A stretch of 64,000 nt of DNA from Eledone cirrhosa (taxonomy: Eukaryota): the NCBI GenBank assembly GCA_964016885.1, contig OZ024741.1, forward strand, positions 2,976,001 through 3,040,000, read 5' to 3'. The position numbers and the translations under genes were made by a program. Shown here one piece after another: positions 12,001-25,300 of the stretch (the stretch's first letter is position 1; each line of letters begins with the position of its first letter). Below the pieces are notes generated by a model, which was given only the letters and a program-made list of their open reading frames with translations, had not been told where the DNA came from and searched no databases.

Positions 12001-13332
12001 CTTCTGCTGTCCAGATCTCCTCACAGTTTCTTCTCTGAAGACCTTCTACTGTCCAGCTCTCCTCACAGTTTCTTCTCTGAAGACCTTCTGTTGTCCAGCT
12101 CTCCTCACAGTTTCTTCTCTGAAGACCTTCTACTGTCCAGCTCTCCTCACAGTTTCTTCTCTGAAGACCTTCTGTTGTCCAGCTCTCCTCACAGTTTCTT
12201 CTCTGAAGACCTTCTACTGTCCAGCTCTCCTCACAGTTTCTTCTCTGAAGACCTTCTACTGTCCAGCTCTCCTCACAGTTTCTTCTCTGAAGACCTTCTG
12301 TTGTCCAGCTCTCCTCACAGTTTCTTCTCTGAAGAGCTTCTACTGTTCAGCTCCCCTCACAGTTTATTCTCTGAAGATCTTCTACTGTCCAGTTCTCCTC
12401 ACACTTTCTTCTCTGAAGATCTTCTACTGTCCAGCTCTCCTCACACTTTCTTCTCTGAAGAACTTCTACTGTCCAGCTCTCCTTACAGTTTCTTCTCTGA
12501 AGTTCTACTAATGTCCAGCTCTACTCACATTTTCTACTCTGAAGACCTTCTGTTGTCCAGCTCTCCTCACAGATTCTTCTCTGAAGAGATTCTACTGTCC
12601 AGCTCTCCTCACCGTTTCTTCTGTGAAGACCTTCTGCTGTCCAGCTCTCATCACACTTTCTTCTCTGAAGATCTTCTACAGTCCAGCTCTCCTCACAGTT
12701 TCTTCTGTGAAGATCTTCTACTGTCCAGCTCTCCTCATAATTTCTTCTCTGAAGACCTTCTGCTGTCCAGCTCTCCTCACAGTTTATTCTCTGAACACCT
12801 TCTACTGTCTAGCTCTCAGGACAGTTTCTTCTCTGAAGACCTTCTACTCTCACGCTCTCGTCACAGTTTCTTCTCTGAAGACCTTCTACTGTCCAGCTCT
12901 CCTCATGATTTCTTCTCTGAAGACCTTCTACTGTCCAGCTCTCCTCACAGTTTCTTTTCTGAAGACATTCTACTGTCCAGTTCTCCTCACACTTTCTTCT
13001 TTGAAGACCTTCTACTGTCCAGCTCTCCTCACAGTTTCTTTTCTGAAGACATTCTACTGTCCATTTCTCCTCACACTTTCTTCTTTGAAGACCTACTGTC
13101 CAGCTCTCCTCACAGTTTCTTCTCTGAAGACCTACTGTCCAGCTCTCCTCACAGTTTCTTTTCTGAAGACCTTCTGCTGCCCAGCACTCCTCACAGTTTC
13201 TTCTCTGAACACCTTCTACTGTCCAGCTCTCCTCACAGTTTCTTCTCTGAAGTCCTTCTTCTGTCCAGCTCTCCTCACAGTTTCTTCTCTGAAGACCTTC
13301 TACTGTCCAGCTCTCCTCACAGTTTCTTCTCT
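1..13332. repeat. Left heterogeneous domain: diverged monomers, scattered indels and local duplications
   Basis: Many private variants. Frameshifting indels lie near 1000, 2061, 3461, 4088, 4486, 4612, 6365, 7580, 7812 and 8107. No regular long-range period. Confidence 0.8.
2245..6806. repeat. Direct duplication of ~1.65 kb (about 2245-3902 and 5149-6806), offset 2904 bp
   Basis: ORF pairs 3086/5990, 3117/6021 and 3679/6583 are all offset by 2904. Both copies share rare variants (TTCGGCTCCCCTGAGAG, CCAGGTCTC, CACGGTTT) and a truncated 19-bp monomer. Confidence 0.92.
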
Positions 13333-16300
13333 GAAGACCCTTCTACTGTTCAGCTCCCATGACAGTTTATTCTCTGAATATCTTCTACTGTCCAGTTCTC
13401 CTCACACTTTCTTCTCTGAAGATCTTCTACTGTCCAGCTCTCCTCACACTTTCTTCTCTGAAGACCTTCTGCTGTCCAGCTCTCCTCACATTTTCTTCTC
13501 TGAAGACCTTCTACTGTCCAGCTCTCCTCACAGTTTCTTCTCTGAAGTTCTACTAATGTCCAGCTCTCCTCACATTTTCTACTCTGAATACCTTCTGTTG
13601 TCCAGCTCTCCTCGCAGTTTCTTCTCTAAAGACCTTCTGCTGTCCAGCTCTCCTCACACTTTCTTCTCTGAAGACCTGCTGCTGTCCAGCTCTCCTCACA
13701 GTTTCTTCTCTGAAGATCTTCTCCTGTCCAGCTCTCCTCACAGTTTCTTCTGTGAAAACATTCTACTGTCCAGCTCTCCTCATAATTTCTTCTCTGAAGA
13801 CCTTCTGCTATCCAGCTCTCCTCACAATTTCTTCTCTGAAGACCTACTACTGTCTAGTTCTCCGGACAGTTTCTTCTCTGAAGACCTTCTACTGTCCAGC
13901 TCTCCTCACACTTTCTTCTTTGAAAACCTTCTACTGTCCAGCTCTCCTCACAGTTTCTTCTCTGAAGACCTACTGTCCAGCTCTCCTCACAGTTTCTTCT
14001 CTGATGTTCTACTACTGTCCAGCTCTCCTCATAGTTTCTTATCTGAAGATCTTCTACTGTCCAGTTCTCCTCACACTTTCTTCTCTGAAGATCTTCTACT
14101 CTCCAGCTCTCCTCACACTTTCTTCTCTGAAGTTCTACTAATGTCCAGCTCTCCTCACATTTTCTACTCTGAAGACCTTCTGTTGTCCAGCTCTCCTCAC
14201 AGATTCTTCTCTGAAGAGATTCTACTGTCCAGCTCTCCTCATAATTTATTCTCTGAAGACCTTCTGCTGTCCAGCTCTCCTCACAGTTTCTTCTCTGAAG
14301 ACCTTCTACTGTCCAGCTCTCCTCACAGTTTCTTCTCTGAAGACCTTCTGTTGTCCAGCTCTCCTCACATTTTCTTCTCTGAAGACCTTCTACTGTCCAG
14401 TTCTCGTCATCATTTCTTCTCTGCAGACCTTCTACTGTCCAGCTCTCCTCACAGTTTCTTCTCTGCAGATTTTCGACTGTCCAGTTCTCCTCACACTTTC
14501 TTCTCTGAACACCTTCTACTGTCCAGCTCTCCTCACAGTTTCTTCTCTGAAGAGCTTCTATTGTTCAGCTCCCCTGACAGTTTATTCTCTGAAGATCTTC
14601 TACTGTCCAGTTCTCCTCATACTTTCTTCTCTGAAGATCTTCTACTGTCCAGCTCTCCTCACACATTCTTCTCTGAAGAACTTCTGCTGTCCAGCTCTCC
14701 TCACATTTTCTTCTCTGAAGACCTTCTACTGTCCAGCTCTCCTCACAGTTTCTTCTCTGAAGTTCTACTACTGTCCAGCTCTCCTCATAGATTCTTCTCT
14801 GAAGACCTTCTACTGTCCAGCTCACCTCACAGTTTCTTCTCTGAAGAGCTTCTACTGTTCAGCTCCCCTGACAGTTTATTCTCTGAAGATCTTCTACTGT
14901 CCAGTTCTCCTCACACTTTCTTCTCTGAAGATCTTCTACTCTCCAGCTCTCCTCACACTTTCTTCTCTGAAGTTCTACTAATGTCCAGCTCTCCTCACAG
15001 TTTCTTCTCTGAAGACCTTCTACTGTCCAGCTCTCCTCATAATTTATTCTCTGAAGACCTTCTGCTGTCCAGCTCTCCTCACAGATTCTTCTCTGAAGAG
15101 ATTCTACTGTCCAGCTCTCGTCATAATTTATTCTCTGCAGACCTTCTACTGTCCAGCTCTCCTCACAGTTTTTTCTCTGCAGATTTTCGACTGTCCAGTT
15201 CTCCTCACACTTTCTTCTCTGAACACCTTCTACTGTCCAGCTCTCCTCAAAGTTTCTTCTCTGAAGTCCTTCTTCTGTCCAGATCTCCTCACAGTTTCTT
15301 CTCTGAAGACCTTCTACTGTCCAGCTCTCCTCACAGTTTCTTCTCTGAAGAGCTTCTACTGTTCAGCACCCCTGACAGTTTATTCTCTGAAGATCTTCTA
15401 CTGTCCAGTTCTCCTCACACTTTCTTCTCTGAAGATCTTCTACTGTCCAGCTCTCCTCACACTTTCTTCTCTGAAGAACTTCTGCTGTCCAGCTCTCCTC
15501 AGATTTTCTTCTCTGAAGACCTTCTACTGTCCAGCTCTCCATACAGTTTCTTCTCTGAAGTTCTACTAATGTCCAGCTCTACTCACATTTTCTACTCTGA
15601 AGACCTTCTGTTGTCCAGCTCTCCTCACAGATTCTTCTCTGAAGAGATTCTACTGTCCAGCTCTCCTCACAGTTTCTTCTGTGAAGACCTTCTGCTGTCC
15701 AGCTCTCCTCACACTTTCTTCTCTGAAGATCTTCTACAGTCCAGCTCTCCTCACAGTTTCTTCTGTGAAGACATTCTACTGTCCAGCTCTCCTCATAATT
15801 TCTTCTCTGAAGACCTTCTGCTGTCCAGCTCTCCTCACAGTTTCTTCTCTGAACACCTTCTACTGTCTAGCTCTCAGGACAGTTTCTTCTCTGAATACCT
15901 TCTACTCTCACGCTCTCGTCACAGTTTCTTCTCTGAAGACCTTCTACTGTCCAGCTCTCCTCACAGTTTCTTCTCTGAAGACCTACTGTCCAGCTCTCCT
16001 CACAGTTTCTTTTCTGAAGACATTCTACTGTCCAGTTCTCCTCACACTTTCTTCTTTGAAGACCTTCTACTGTCCAGCTCTCCTCACAGTTTCTTTTCTG
16101 AAGACATTCTACTGTCCAGTTCTCCTCACACTTTCTTCTTTGAAGACCTTCTACTGTCCAGCTCTCCTCACAGTTTCTTCTCTGAAGACCTACTGTCCAG
16201 CTCTCCTCACAGTTTCTTTTCTGAAGACCTTCTGCTGCCCAGCACTCCTCACAGTTTCTTCTCTGAACACCTTCTACTGTCCAGCTCTCCTCACAGTTTC

Positions 16301-16390
16301 TTCTCTGAAGTCCTTCTTCTGTCCAGCTCTCCTCACAGTTTCTTCTCTGAAGACCTTCTACTGTCCAGCTCTCCTCACAGTTTCTTCTCT

Positions 16391-19300
16391 GAAGACCCTT
16401 CTACTCTTCAGCTCCCATGACAGTTTATTCTCTGAATATCTTCTACTGTCCAGTTCTCCTCACACTTTCTTCTCTGAAGATCTTCTACTGTCCAGCTCTC
16501 CTCACACTTTCTTCTCTGAAGACCTTCTGCTGTCCAGCTCTCCTCACATTTTCTTCTCTGAAGACCTTCTACTGTCCAGCTCTCCTCACAGTTTCTCCTC
16601 TGAAGTTCTACTAATGTCCAGCTCTCCTCACATTTTCTACTCTGAAGACCTTCTGTTGTCCAGCTCTCCTCACAGTTTCTTCTCTGAAGACTTTCTGCTG
16701 TCCAGCTCTCCTCACACTTTCTTCTCTGAAGACCTGCTGCTGTCTAGCTCTCCTCACAGTTTCTTCTCTGAAGATCTTCTACTGTCCAGCTCTCCTCACA
16801 GTTTCTTCTGTGAAGACATTCTACTTTCCAGCTCTCCGCATAATTTCTTCTCTGAAGACCTTCTGCTGTCCAGCTCTCCTCACAATTTCTTCTCTGAAGA
16901 CCTTCTACTGTATAGTTCTCCGGACAGTTTCTTCTCTGAAGACCTTCTACTGTCCAGCTCTCCTCATGATTTCTTCTCTGAAGACCTTCTACTGTCCAGC
17001 TCTCCTCACAGTTTCTTCTGTGAAGACATTCTACTGTCCAGCTCTCCTCATAATTTCTTCTCTGAAGACCTGCTGCTGTCCAGCTCTCCTCACACTTTCT
17101 TCTTTGAAAACCTTCTACTGTCGAGCTCTCCTCACAGTTTCTTCTCTGAAGACCTACTGTCCAGCTCTCCTCACAGTTTCTTCTCTGATGTTCTACTACT
17201 GTCCAGCTCTCCTCATAGTTTCTTCTCTGAAGACCTTCTACTGTCCAGCTCTCCTCACAGTTTCTTCTCTGAAGAGCTTCTACTGTTCAGCTCCCCTGAC
17301 AGTTTATTCTCTGAAGATCTTCTACTGTCCAGTTCTCCTCACACTTTCTTCTCTGAAGATCATCTACTCTCCAGCTCTCCTCACAGTTTCTTCTCTGAAG
17401 ACCTTCTACTTTCCAGCTCTCCTCACAGTTTCTTCTCTGAAGACCTTCTGTTGTCCAGCTCTCCTCACAGTTTCTTCTCTGAAGACCTTCTACTGTCCAT
17501 CTCTCGTCATCATTTCTTCTCTGCAGACCTTCTACTGTCCAGCTCTCCTCACAGTTTCTTCTCTGCAGATTTTCGACTGTCCAGTTCTCCTCACACTTTC
17601 TTCTCTGAACACCTTCTACTGTCCAGCTCTCCTCACAGTTTCTTCTCTGAAGGGCTTCTACCGTTCAGCTCCCCTGACAGTTTATTCTCTGAAGATCTTC
17701 TACTGTCCAGTTCTCCTCATACTTTCTTCTCTGAAGAACTTCTGCTGTCCAGCTCTCCTCACATTTTCTTCTCTGAAGACCTTCTACTGTCCAGCTCTCC
17801 TCAAAGTTTCTTCTCTGAAGTTCTACTAATGTCCAGCTCTACTCACATTTTCTACTCTGAAGACCTTCTGTTGTCCAGCTCTCCTCACAGATTCTTCTCT
17901 GAATACCTTCTACTGTCCAGTTCTCGTCATCATTTCTTCTCTGCAGACCTTCTACTGTCCAGCTCTCCTCACAGTTTCTTCTCTGCAGATTTTCGACTGT
18001 CCAGTTCTCCTCACACTTTCTTCTCTGAACACCTTCTACTGTCCAGCTCTCCTCACAGTTTCTTCTCTGAAGAGCTTCTACTGTTATGCTCCCCTGACAG
18101 TTTATTCTCTGAAGATCTTCTACTGTCCAGTTCTCCTCATACTTTCTTCTCTGAAGATCTTCTACTGTCCAGCTCTCCTCACACATTCTTCTCTGAAGAA
18201 CTTCTGCTGTCCAGCTCTCCTCACATTTTCTTCTCTGAAGACCTTCTACTGTCCAGCTCTCCTCACAGTTTCTTCTCTGAAGTTCTACTACTGTCCAGCT
18301 CTCCTCATATTTTCTTCTCTGAAGACCTTCTACTGTCCAGCTCACCTCACAGTTTCTTCTCTGAAGAGCTTCTACTGTTCAGCTCCCCTGACAGTTTATT
18401 CTCTGAAGATCTTCTACTGTCCAGTTCTCCTCACACTTTCTTCTCTGAAGATCTTCTACTCTCCAGCTCTCCTCACACTTTCTTCTCTGAAGTTCTACTA
18501 ATGTCCAGCTCTCCTCACATTTTCTACTCTGAAGACCTTCTGTTGTCCAGCTCTCCTCACAGATTCTTCTCTGAAGAGATTCTACTGTCCAGCTCTCCTC
18601 ATAATTTATTCTCTGAAGACCTTCTGCTGTCCAGCTCTCCTCACAGTTTCTTCTCTGAAGACCTTCTACTGTCCAGCTCTCCTCACACTTTCTTCTCTGA
18701 AGACCTTCTGTTGTCCAGCTCTCCTCACAGTTTCTTCTCTGAAGACCTTCTACTGTCCAGCTCTCGTCATCATTTCTTCTCTGCAGACCTTCTACTGTCC
18801 AGCTCTCCTCACAGTTTTTTCTCTGCAGATTTTCGACTGTCCAGTTCTCCTCACACTTTCTTCTCTGAACACCTTCTACTGTCCAGCTCTCCTCAGAGTT
18901 TCTTCTCTGAAGTCCTTCTTCTGTCCAGATCTCCTCACAGTTTCTTCTCTGAAGACCTTCTTCTGTCCAGCTCTCCTCACAGTTTCTTCTCTGAAGAGCT
19001 TCTACTGTTCAGCTCCCCTGACAGTTTATTCTCTGAAGATCTTCTACTGTCCAGTTCTCCTCACACTTTCTTCTTTGAAGATCTTCTACTGTCCAGCTCT
19101 CCTCACACTTTCTTCTCTGAAGAACTTCTGCTGTCCAGCTCTCCTCACATTTTCTTCTCTGAAGACCTTCTACTGTCCAGCTCTCCATACAGTTTCTTCT
19201 CTGAAGTTCTACTAATATCCAGCTCTACTCACATTTTCTACTCTGAAGACCTTCTGTTGTCCAGCTCTCCTCACAGATTCTTCTCTGAAGAGATTCTACT

Positions 19301-22300
19301 GTCCAGCTCTCCTCACAGTTTCTTCTGTGAAGACCTTCTGCTGTCCAGCTCTCCTCACACTTTCTTCTCTGAAGATCTTCTACAGTCCAGCTCTCCTCAC
19401 AGTTTCTTCTGTGAAGACATTCTACTGTCCAGCTCTCCTCATAATTTCTTCTCTGAAGACCTTCTGCTGTCCAGCTCTCCTCACAGTTTCTTCTCTGAAC
19501 ACCTTCTACTGTCTAGCTCTCAGGACAGTTTCTTCTCTGAATACCTTCTACTCTCACGCTCTCGTCACAGTTTCTTCTCTGAAGACCTTCTACTGTCCAG
19601 CTCTCCTCACAGTTTCTTCTCTGAAGACCTACTGTCCAGCTCTCCTCACAGTTTCTTTTCTGAAGACATTTTACTGTCCAGTTCTCCTCACACTTTCTTC
19701 TTTGAAGACCTTCTACTGTCCAGCTCTCCTCACAGTTTCTTTTCTGAAGACATTCTACTGTCCAGTTCTCCTCACACTTTCTTCTTTGAAGACCTTCTAC
19801 TGTCCAGCTCTCCTCACAGTTTCTTCTCTGAAGACCTACTGTCCAGCTCTCCTCACAGTTTCTTTTCTGAAGACCTTCTGCTGCCCAGCACTCCTCACAG
19901 TTTCTTCTCTGAACACCTTCTACTGTCCAGCTCTCCTCACAGTTTCTTCTCTGAAGTCCTTCTTCTGTCCAGCTCTCCTCACAGTTTCTTCTCTGAAGAC
20001 CTTCTACTGTCCAGCTCTCCTCACAGTTTCTTCTCTGAAGACCCTTCTACTCTTCAGCTCACATGACAGTTTATTCTCTGAATATCTTCTACTGTCCAGT
20101 TCTCCTCACACTTTCTTCTCTGAAGATCTTCTACTGTCCAGCTCTCCTCAGACTTTCTTCTCTGAAGACCTTCTGCTGTCCAGCTCTCCTCACATTTTCT
20201 TCTCTGAAGACCTTCTACTGTCCAGCTCTCCTCACAGTTTCTCCTCTGAAGTTCTACTAATGTTCAGCTCTCCTCACATTTTCTACTCTGAAGACCTTCT
20301 GTTGTCCAGCTCTCCTCACAGTTTCTTCTCTGAAGACTTTCTGCTGTCCAGCTCTCCTCACACTTTCTTCTCTGAAGACCTGCTGCTGTCTAGCTCTCCT
20401 CACAGTTTCTTCTCTGAAGATCTTCTACTGTCCAGCTCTCCTCACAGTTTCTTCTGTGAAGACATTCTACTTTCCAGCTCTCCTCATAATTTCTTCTCTG
20501 AAGACCTTCTGCTGTCCAGCTCTCCTCACAATTTCTTCTCTGAAGACCTTCTACTGTATAGTTCTTCGGACAGTTTCTTCTCTGAAGACCTTCTACTGTC
20601 CAGCTCTCCTCATGATTTCTTCTCTGAAGACCTTCTACTGTCCAGCTCTCCTCACAGTTTCTTCTGTGAAGACATTCTACTGTCCAGCTCTCCTCATAAT
20701 TTCTTCTCTGAAGACCTGCTGCTGTCCAGCTCTCCTCACACTTTCTTCTTTGAAAACCTTCTACTGTCCAGCTCTCCTCACAGTTTCTTCTCTGAAGACC
20801 TACTGTCCAGCTCTCCTCACAGTTTCTTCTCTGATGTTCTACTACTGTCCAGCTCTCCTCATAGTTTCTTCTCTGAAGACCTTCTACTGTCCAGCTCTCC
20901 TCACAGTTTCTTCTCTGAAGAGCTTCTACTGTTCAGCTCCCCTGACAGTTTATTCTCTGAAGATCTTCTACTGTCCAGTTCTCCTCACACTTTCTTCTCT
21001 GAAGATCTTCTACTCTCCAGCTCTCCTCACAGTTTCTTCTCTGAAGACCTTCTACTGTCCAGCTCTCCTCACAGTTTCTTCTCTGAAGACCTTCTGTTGT
21101 CCAGCTCTCCTCACAGTTTCTTCTCTGAAGACCTTCTACTGTCCAGCTCTCGTCATCATTTCTTCTCTGCAGACCTTCTACTGTCCAGCTCTCCTCACAG
21201 TTTCTTCTCTGCAGATTTTCGACTGTCCAGCTCACCTCACAGTTTCTTCTCTGAAGAGCTTCTACTGTTCAGCTCCCCTGACAGTTTATTCTCTGAAGAT
21301 CTTCTACTGTCCAGTTCTCCTCACACTTTCTTCTCTGAAGATCTTCTACTCTCCAGCTCTCCTCACACTTTCTTCTCTGAAGTTCTACTAATGTCCAGCT
21401 CTCCTCACATTTTCTACTCTGAAGACCTTCTGTTGTCCAGCTCTCCTCACAGATTCTTCTCTGAAGAGATTCTACTGTCCAGCTCTCCTCATAATTTATT
21501 CTCTGAAGACCTTCTGCTGTCCAGCTCTCCTCACAGTTTCTTCTCTGAAGACCTTCTACTGTCCAGCTCTCCTCACAGTTTCTTCTCTGAAGACCTTCTG
21601 TTGTCCAGCTCTCCTCACAGTTTCTTCTCTGAAGACCTTCTACTGTCCAGCTCTCGTCATCATTTCTTCTCTGCAGACCTTCTACTGTCCAGCTCTCCTC
21701 ACAGTTTTTTCTCTGCAGATTTTCGACTGTCCAGTTCTCCTCACACTTTCTACTCTGAACACCTTCTACTGTCCAGCTCTCCTCAAAGTTTCTTCTCTGA
21801 AGTCCTTCTTCTGTCCAGATCTCCTCACAGTTTCTTCTCTGAAGACCTTCTACTGTCCAGCTCTCCTCACAGTTTCTTCTCTGAAGAGCTTCTACTGTTC
21901 AGCTCCCCTGACAGTTTATTCTCTGAAGATCTTCTACTGTCCAGTTCTCCTCACACTTTCTTCTCTGAAGATCTTCTACTGTCCAGCTCTCCTCACACTT
22001 TCTTCTCTGAAGAACTTCTGCTGTCCAGCTCTCCTCACATTTTCTTCTCTGAAGACCTTCTACTGTCCAGCTCTCCATACAGTTTCTTCTCTGAAGTTCT
22101 ACTAATGTCCAGCTCTACTCACATTTTCTACTCTGAAGACCTTCTGTTGTCCAGCTCTCCTCACAGATTCTTCTCTGAAGAGATTCTACTGTCCAGCTCT
22201 CCTCACAGTTTCTTCTGTGAAGACCTTCTGCTGTCCAGCTCTCCTCACACTTTCTTCTCTGAAGATCTTCTACAGTCCAGCTCTCCTCACAGTTTCTTCT

Positions 22301-25300
22301 GTGAAGACATTCTACTGTCCAGCTCTCCTCATAATTTCTTCTCTGAAGACATTCTGCTGTCCAGCTCTCCTCACAGTTTCTTTTCTGAAGACATTCTACT
22401 GTCCAGTTCTCCTCACACTTTCTTCTTTGAAGACCTTCTACTGTCCAGCTCTCCTCACAGTTTCTTCTCTGAAGACCTACTGTCCAGCTCTCCTCACAGT
22501 TTCTTTTCTGAAGACCTTCTGCTGCCCAGCACTCCTCACAGTTTCTTCTCTGAACACCTTCTACTGTCCAGCTCTCCTCACAGTTTCTTCTCTGAAGTCC
22601 TTCTTCTGTCCAGCTCTCCTCACAGTTTCTTCTCTGAAGACCTTCTACTGTCCAGCTCTCCTCACAGTTTCTTCTCTGAAGACCCTTCTACTCTTCAGCT
22701 CCCATGACAGTTTATTCTCTGAATATCTTCTACTGTCCAGTTCTCCTCACACTTTCTTCTCTGAAGATCTTCTACTGTCCAGCTCTCCTCACACTTTCTT
22801 CTCTGAAGACCTTCTGCTGTCCAGCTCTCCTCACATTTTCTTCTCTGAAGACCTTCTACTGTCCAGCTCTCCTCACAGTTTCTCCTCTGAAGTTCTACTA
22901 ATGTCCAGCTCTCCTCACATTTTCTACTCTGAAGACCTTCTGTTGTCCAGCTCTCCTCACAGTTTCTTCTCTGAAGACTTTCTGCTGTCCAGCTCTCCTC
23001 ACACTTTCTTCTCTGAAGACCTGCTGCTGTCTAGCTCTCCTCACAGTTTCTTCTCTGAAGATCTTCTACTGTCCAGCTCTCCTCACAGTTTCTTCTGTGA
23101 AGACATTCTACTTTCCAGCTCTCCGCATAATTTCTTCTCTGAAGACCTTCTGCTGTCCAGCTCTCCTCACAATTTCTTCTCTGAAGACCTTCTACTGTAT
23201 AGTTCTCCGGACAGTTTCTTCTCTGAAGACCTTCTACTGTCCAGCTCTCCTCATGATTTCTTCTCTGAAGACCTTCTACTGTCCAGCTCTCCTCACAGTT
23301 TCTTCTGTGAAGACATTCTACTGTCCAGCTCTCCTCATAATTTCTTCTCTGAAGACCTGCTGCTGTCCAGCTCTCCTCACACTTTCTTCTTTGAAAACCT
23401 TCTACTGTCGAGCTCTCCTCACAGTTTCTTCTCTGAAGACCTACTGTCCAGCTCTCCTCACAGTTTCTTCTCTGATGTTCTACTACTGTCCAGCTCTCCT
23501 CATAGTTTCTTCTCTGAAGACCTTCTACTGTCCAGCTCTCCTCACAGTTTCTTCTCTGAAGAGCTTCTACTGTTCAGCTCCCCTGACAGTTTATTCTCTG
23601 AAGATCTTCTACTGTCCAGTTCTCCTCACACTTTCTTCTCTGAAGATCATCTACTCTCCAGCTCTCCTCACAGTTTCTTCTCTGAAGACCTTCTACTTTC
23701 CAGCTCTCCTCACAGTTTCTTCTCTGAAGACCTTCTGTTGTCCAGCTCTCCTCACAGTTTCTTCTCTGAAGACCTTCTACTGTCCATCTCTCGTCATCAT
23801 TTCTTCTCAGCAGACCTTCTACTGTCCAGCTCTCCTCACAGTTTCTTCTCTGCAGATTTTCGACTGTCCAGTTCTCCTCACACTTTCTTCTCTGAACACC
23901 TTCTACTGTCCAGCTCTCCTCACAGTTTCTTCTCTGAAGGGCTTCTACCGTTCAGCTCCCCTGACAGTTTATTCTCTGAAGATCTTCTACTGTCCAGTTC
24001 TCCTCATACTTTCTTCTCTGAAGAACTTCTGCTGTCCAGCTCTCCTCACATTTTCTTCTCTGAAGACCTTCTACTGTCCAGCTCTCCTCAAAGTTTCTTC
24101 TCTGAAGTTCTACTAATGTCCAGCTCTACTCACATTTTCTACTCTGAAGACCTTCTGTTGTCCAGCTCTCCTCACAGATCCTTCTCTGAAGACCTTCTAC
24201 TGTCCAGTTCTCGTCATCATTTCTTCTCTGCAGACCTTCTACTGTCCAGCTCTCCTCACAGTTTCTTCTCTGAAGATTTTCGACTGTCCAGTTCTCCTCA
24301 CACTTTCTTCTCTGAACACCTTCTACTGTCCAGCTCTCCTCACAGTTTCTTCTCTGAAGAGCTTCTACTGTTCAGCTCCCCTGACAGTTTATTCTCTGAA
24401 GATCTTCTACTGTCCAGTTCTCCTCATACTTTCTTCTCTGAAGATCTTCTACTGTCCAGCTCTCCTCACACATTCTTCTCTGAAGAACTTCTGCTGTCCA
24501 GCTCTCCTCATATTTTCTTCTCTGAAGACCTTCTACTGTCCAGCTCTCCTCACAGTTTCTTCTCTGAAGTTCTACTACTGTCCAGCTCTCCTCATATTTT
24601 CTTCTCTGAAGACCTTCTACTGTCCAGCTCACCTCACAGTTTCTTCTCTGAAGAGCTTCTACTGTTCAGCTCCCCTGACAGTTTATTCTCTGAAGATCTT
24701 CTACTGTCCAGTTCTCCTCACACTTTCTTCTCTGAAGATCTTCTACTCTCCAGCTCTCCTCACACTTTCTTCTCTGAAGTTCTACTAATGTCCAGCTCTC
24801 CTCACATTTTCTACTCTGAAGACCTTCTGTTGTCCAGCTCTCCTCACAGATTCTTCTCTGAAGAGATTCTACTGTCCAGCTCTCCTCATAATTTATTCTC
24901 TGAAGACCTTCTGCTGTCCAGCTCTCCTCACAGTTTCTTCTCTGAAGACCTTCTACTGTCCAGCTCTCCTCACACTTTCTTCTCTGAAGACCTTCTGTTG
25001 TCCAGCTCTCCTCACAGTTTCTTCTCTGAAGACCTTCTACTGTCCAGCTCTCGTCATCATTTCTTCTCTGCAGACCTTCTACTGTCCAGCTCTCCTCACA
25101 GTTTTTTCTCTGCAGATTTTCGACTGTCCAGTTCTCCTCACACTTTCTTCTCTGAACACCTTCTACTGTCCAGCTCTCCTCAAAGTTTCTTCTCTGAAGT
25201 CCTTCTTCTGTCCAGATCTCCTCACAGTTTCTTCTCTGAAGACCTTCTTCTGTCCAGCTCTCCTCACAGTTTCTTCTCTGAAGAGCTTCTACTGTTCAGC

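Noticed and set aside
13553-13741. Minus-strand ETVRRAGQ*KVFRE frame as a protein in a TAG/TAA=Gln genetic code (the common TAG/CAG toggle would be synonymous)
   Set aside because: Recurrent variants (CTCTCACGC, GCTCACCTC) put TGA in the same frame and indels also break it. The toggle is a simple transition, and nothing else supports an alternative code.
14466-14490. CENP-B box in TTTTCGACTG monomers
   Set aside because: TTCG is present, but the required downstream A..CGGG of the 17-bp box is absent.
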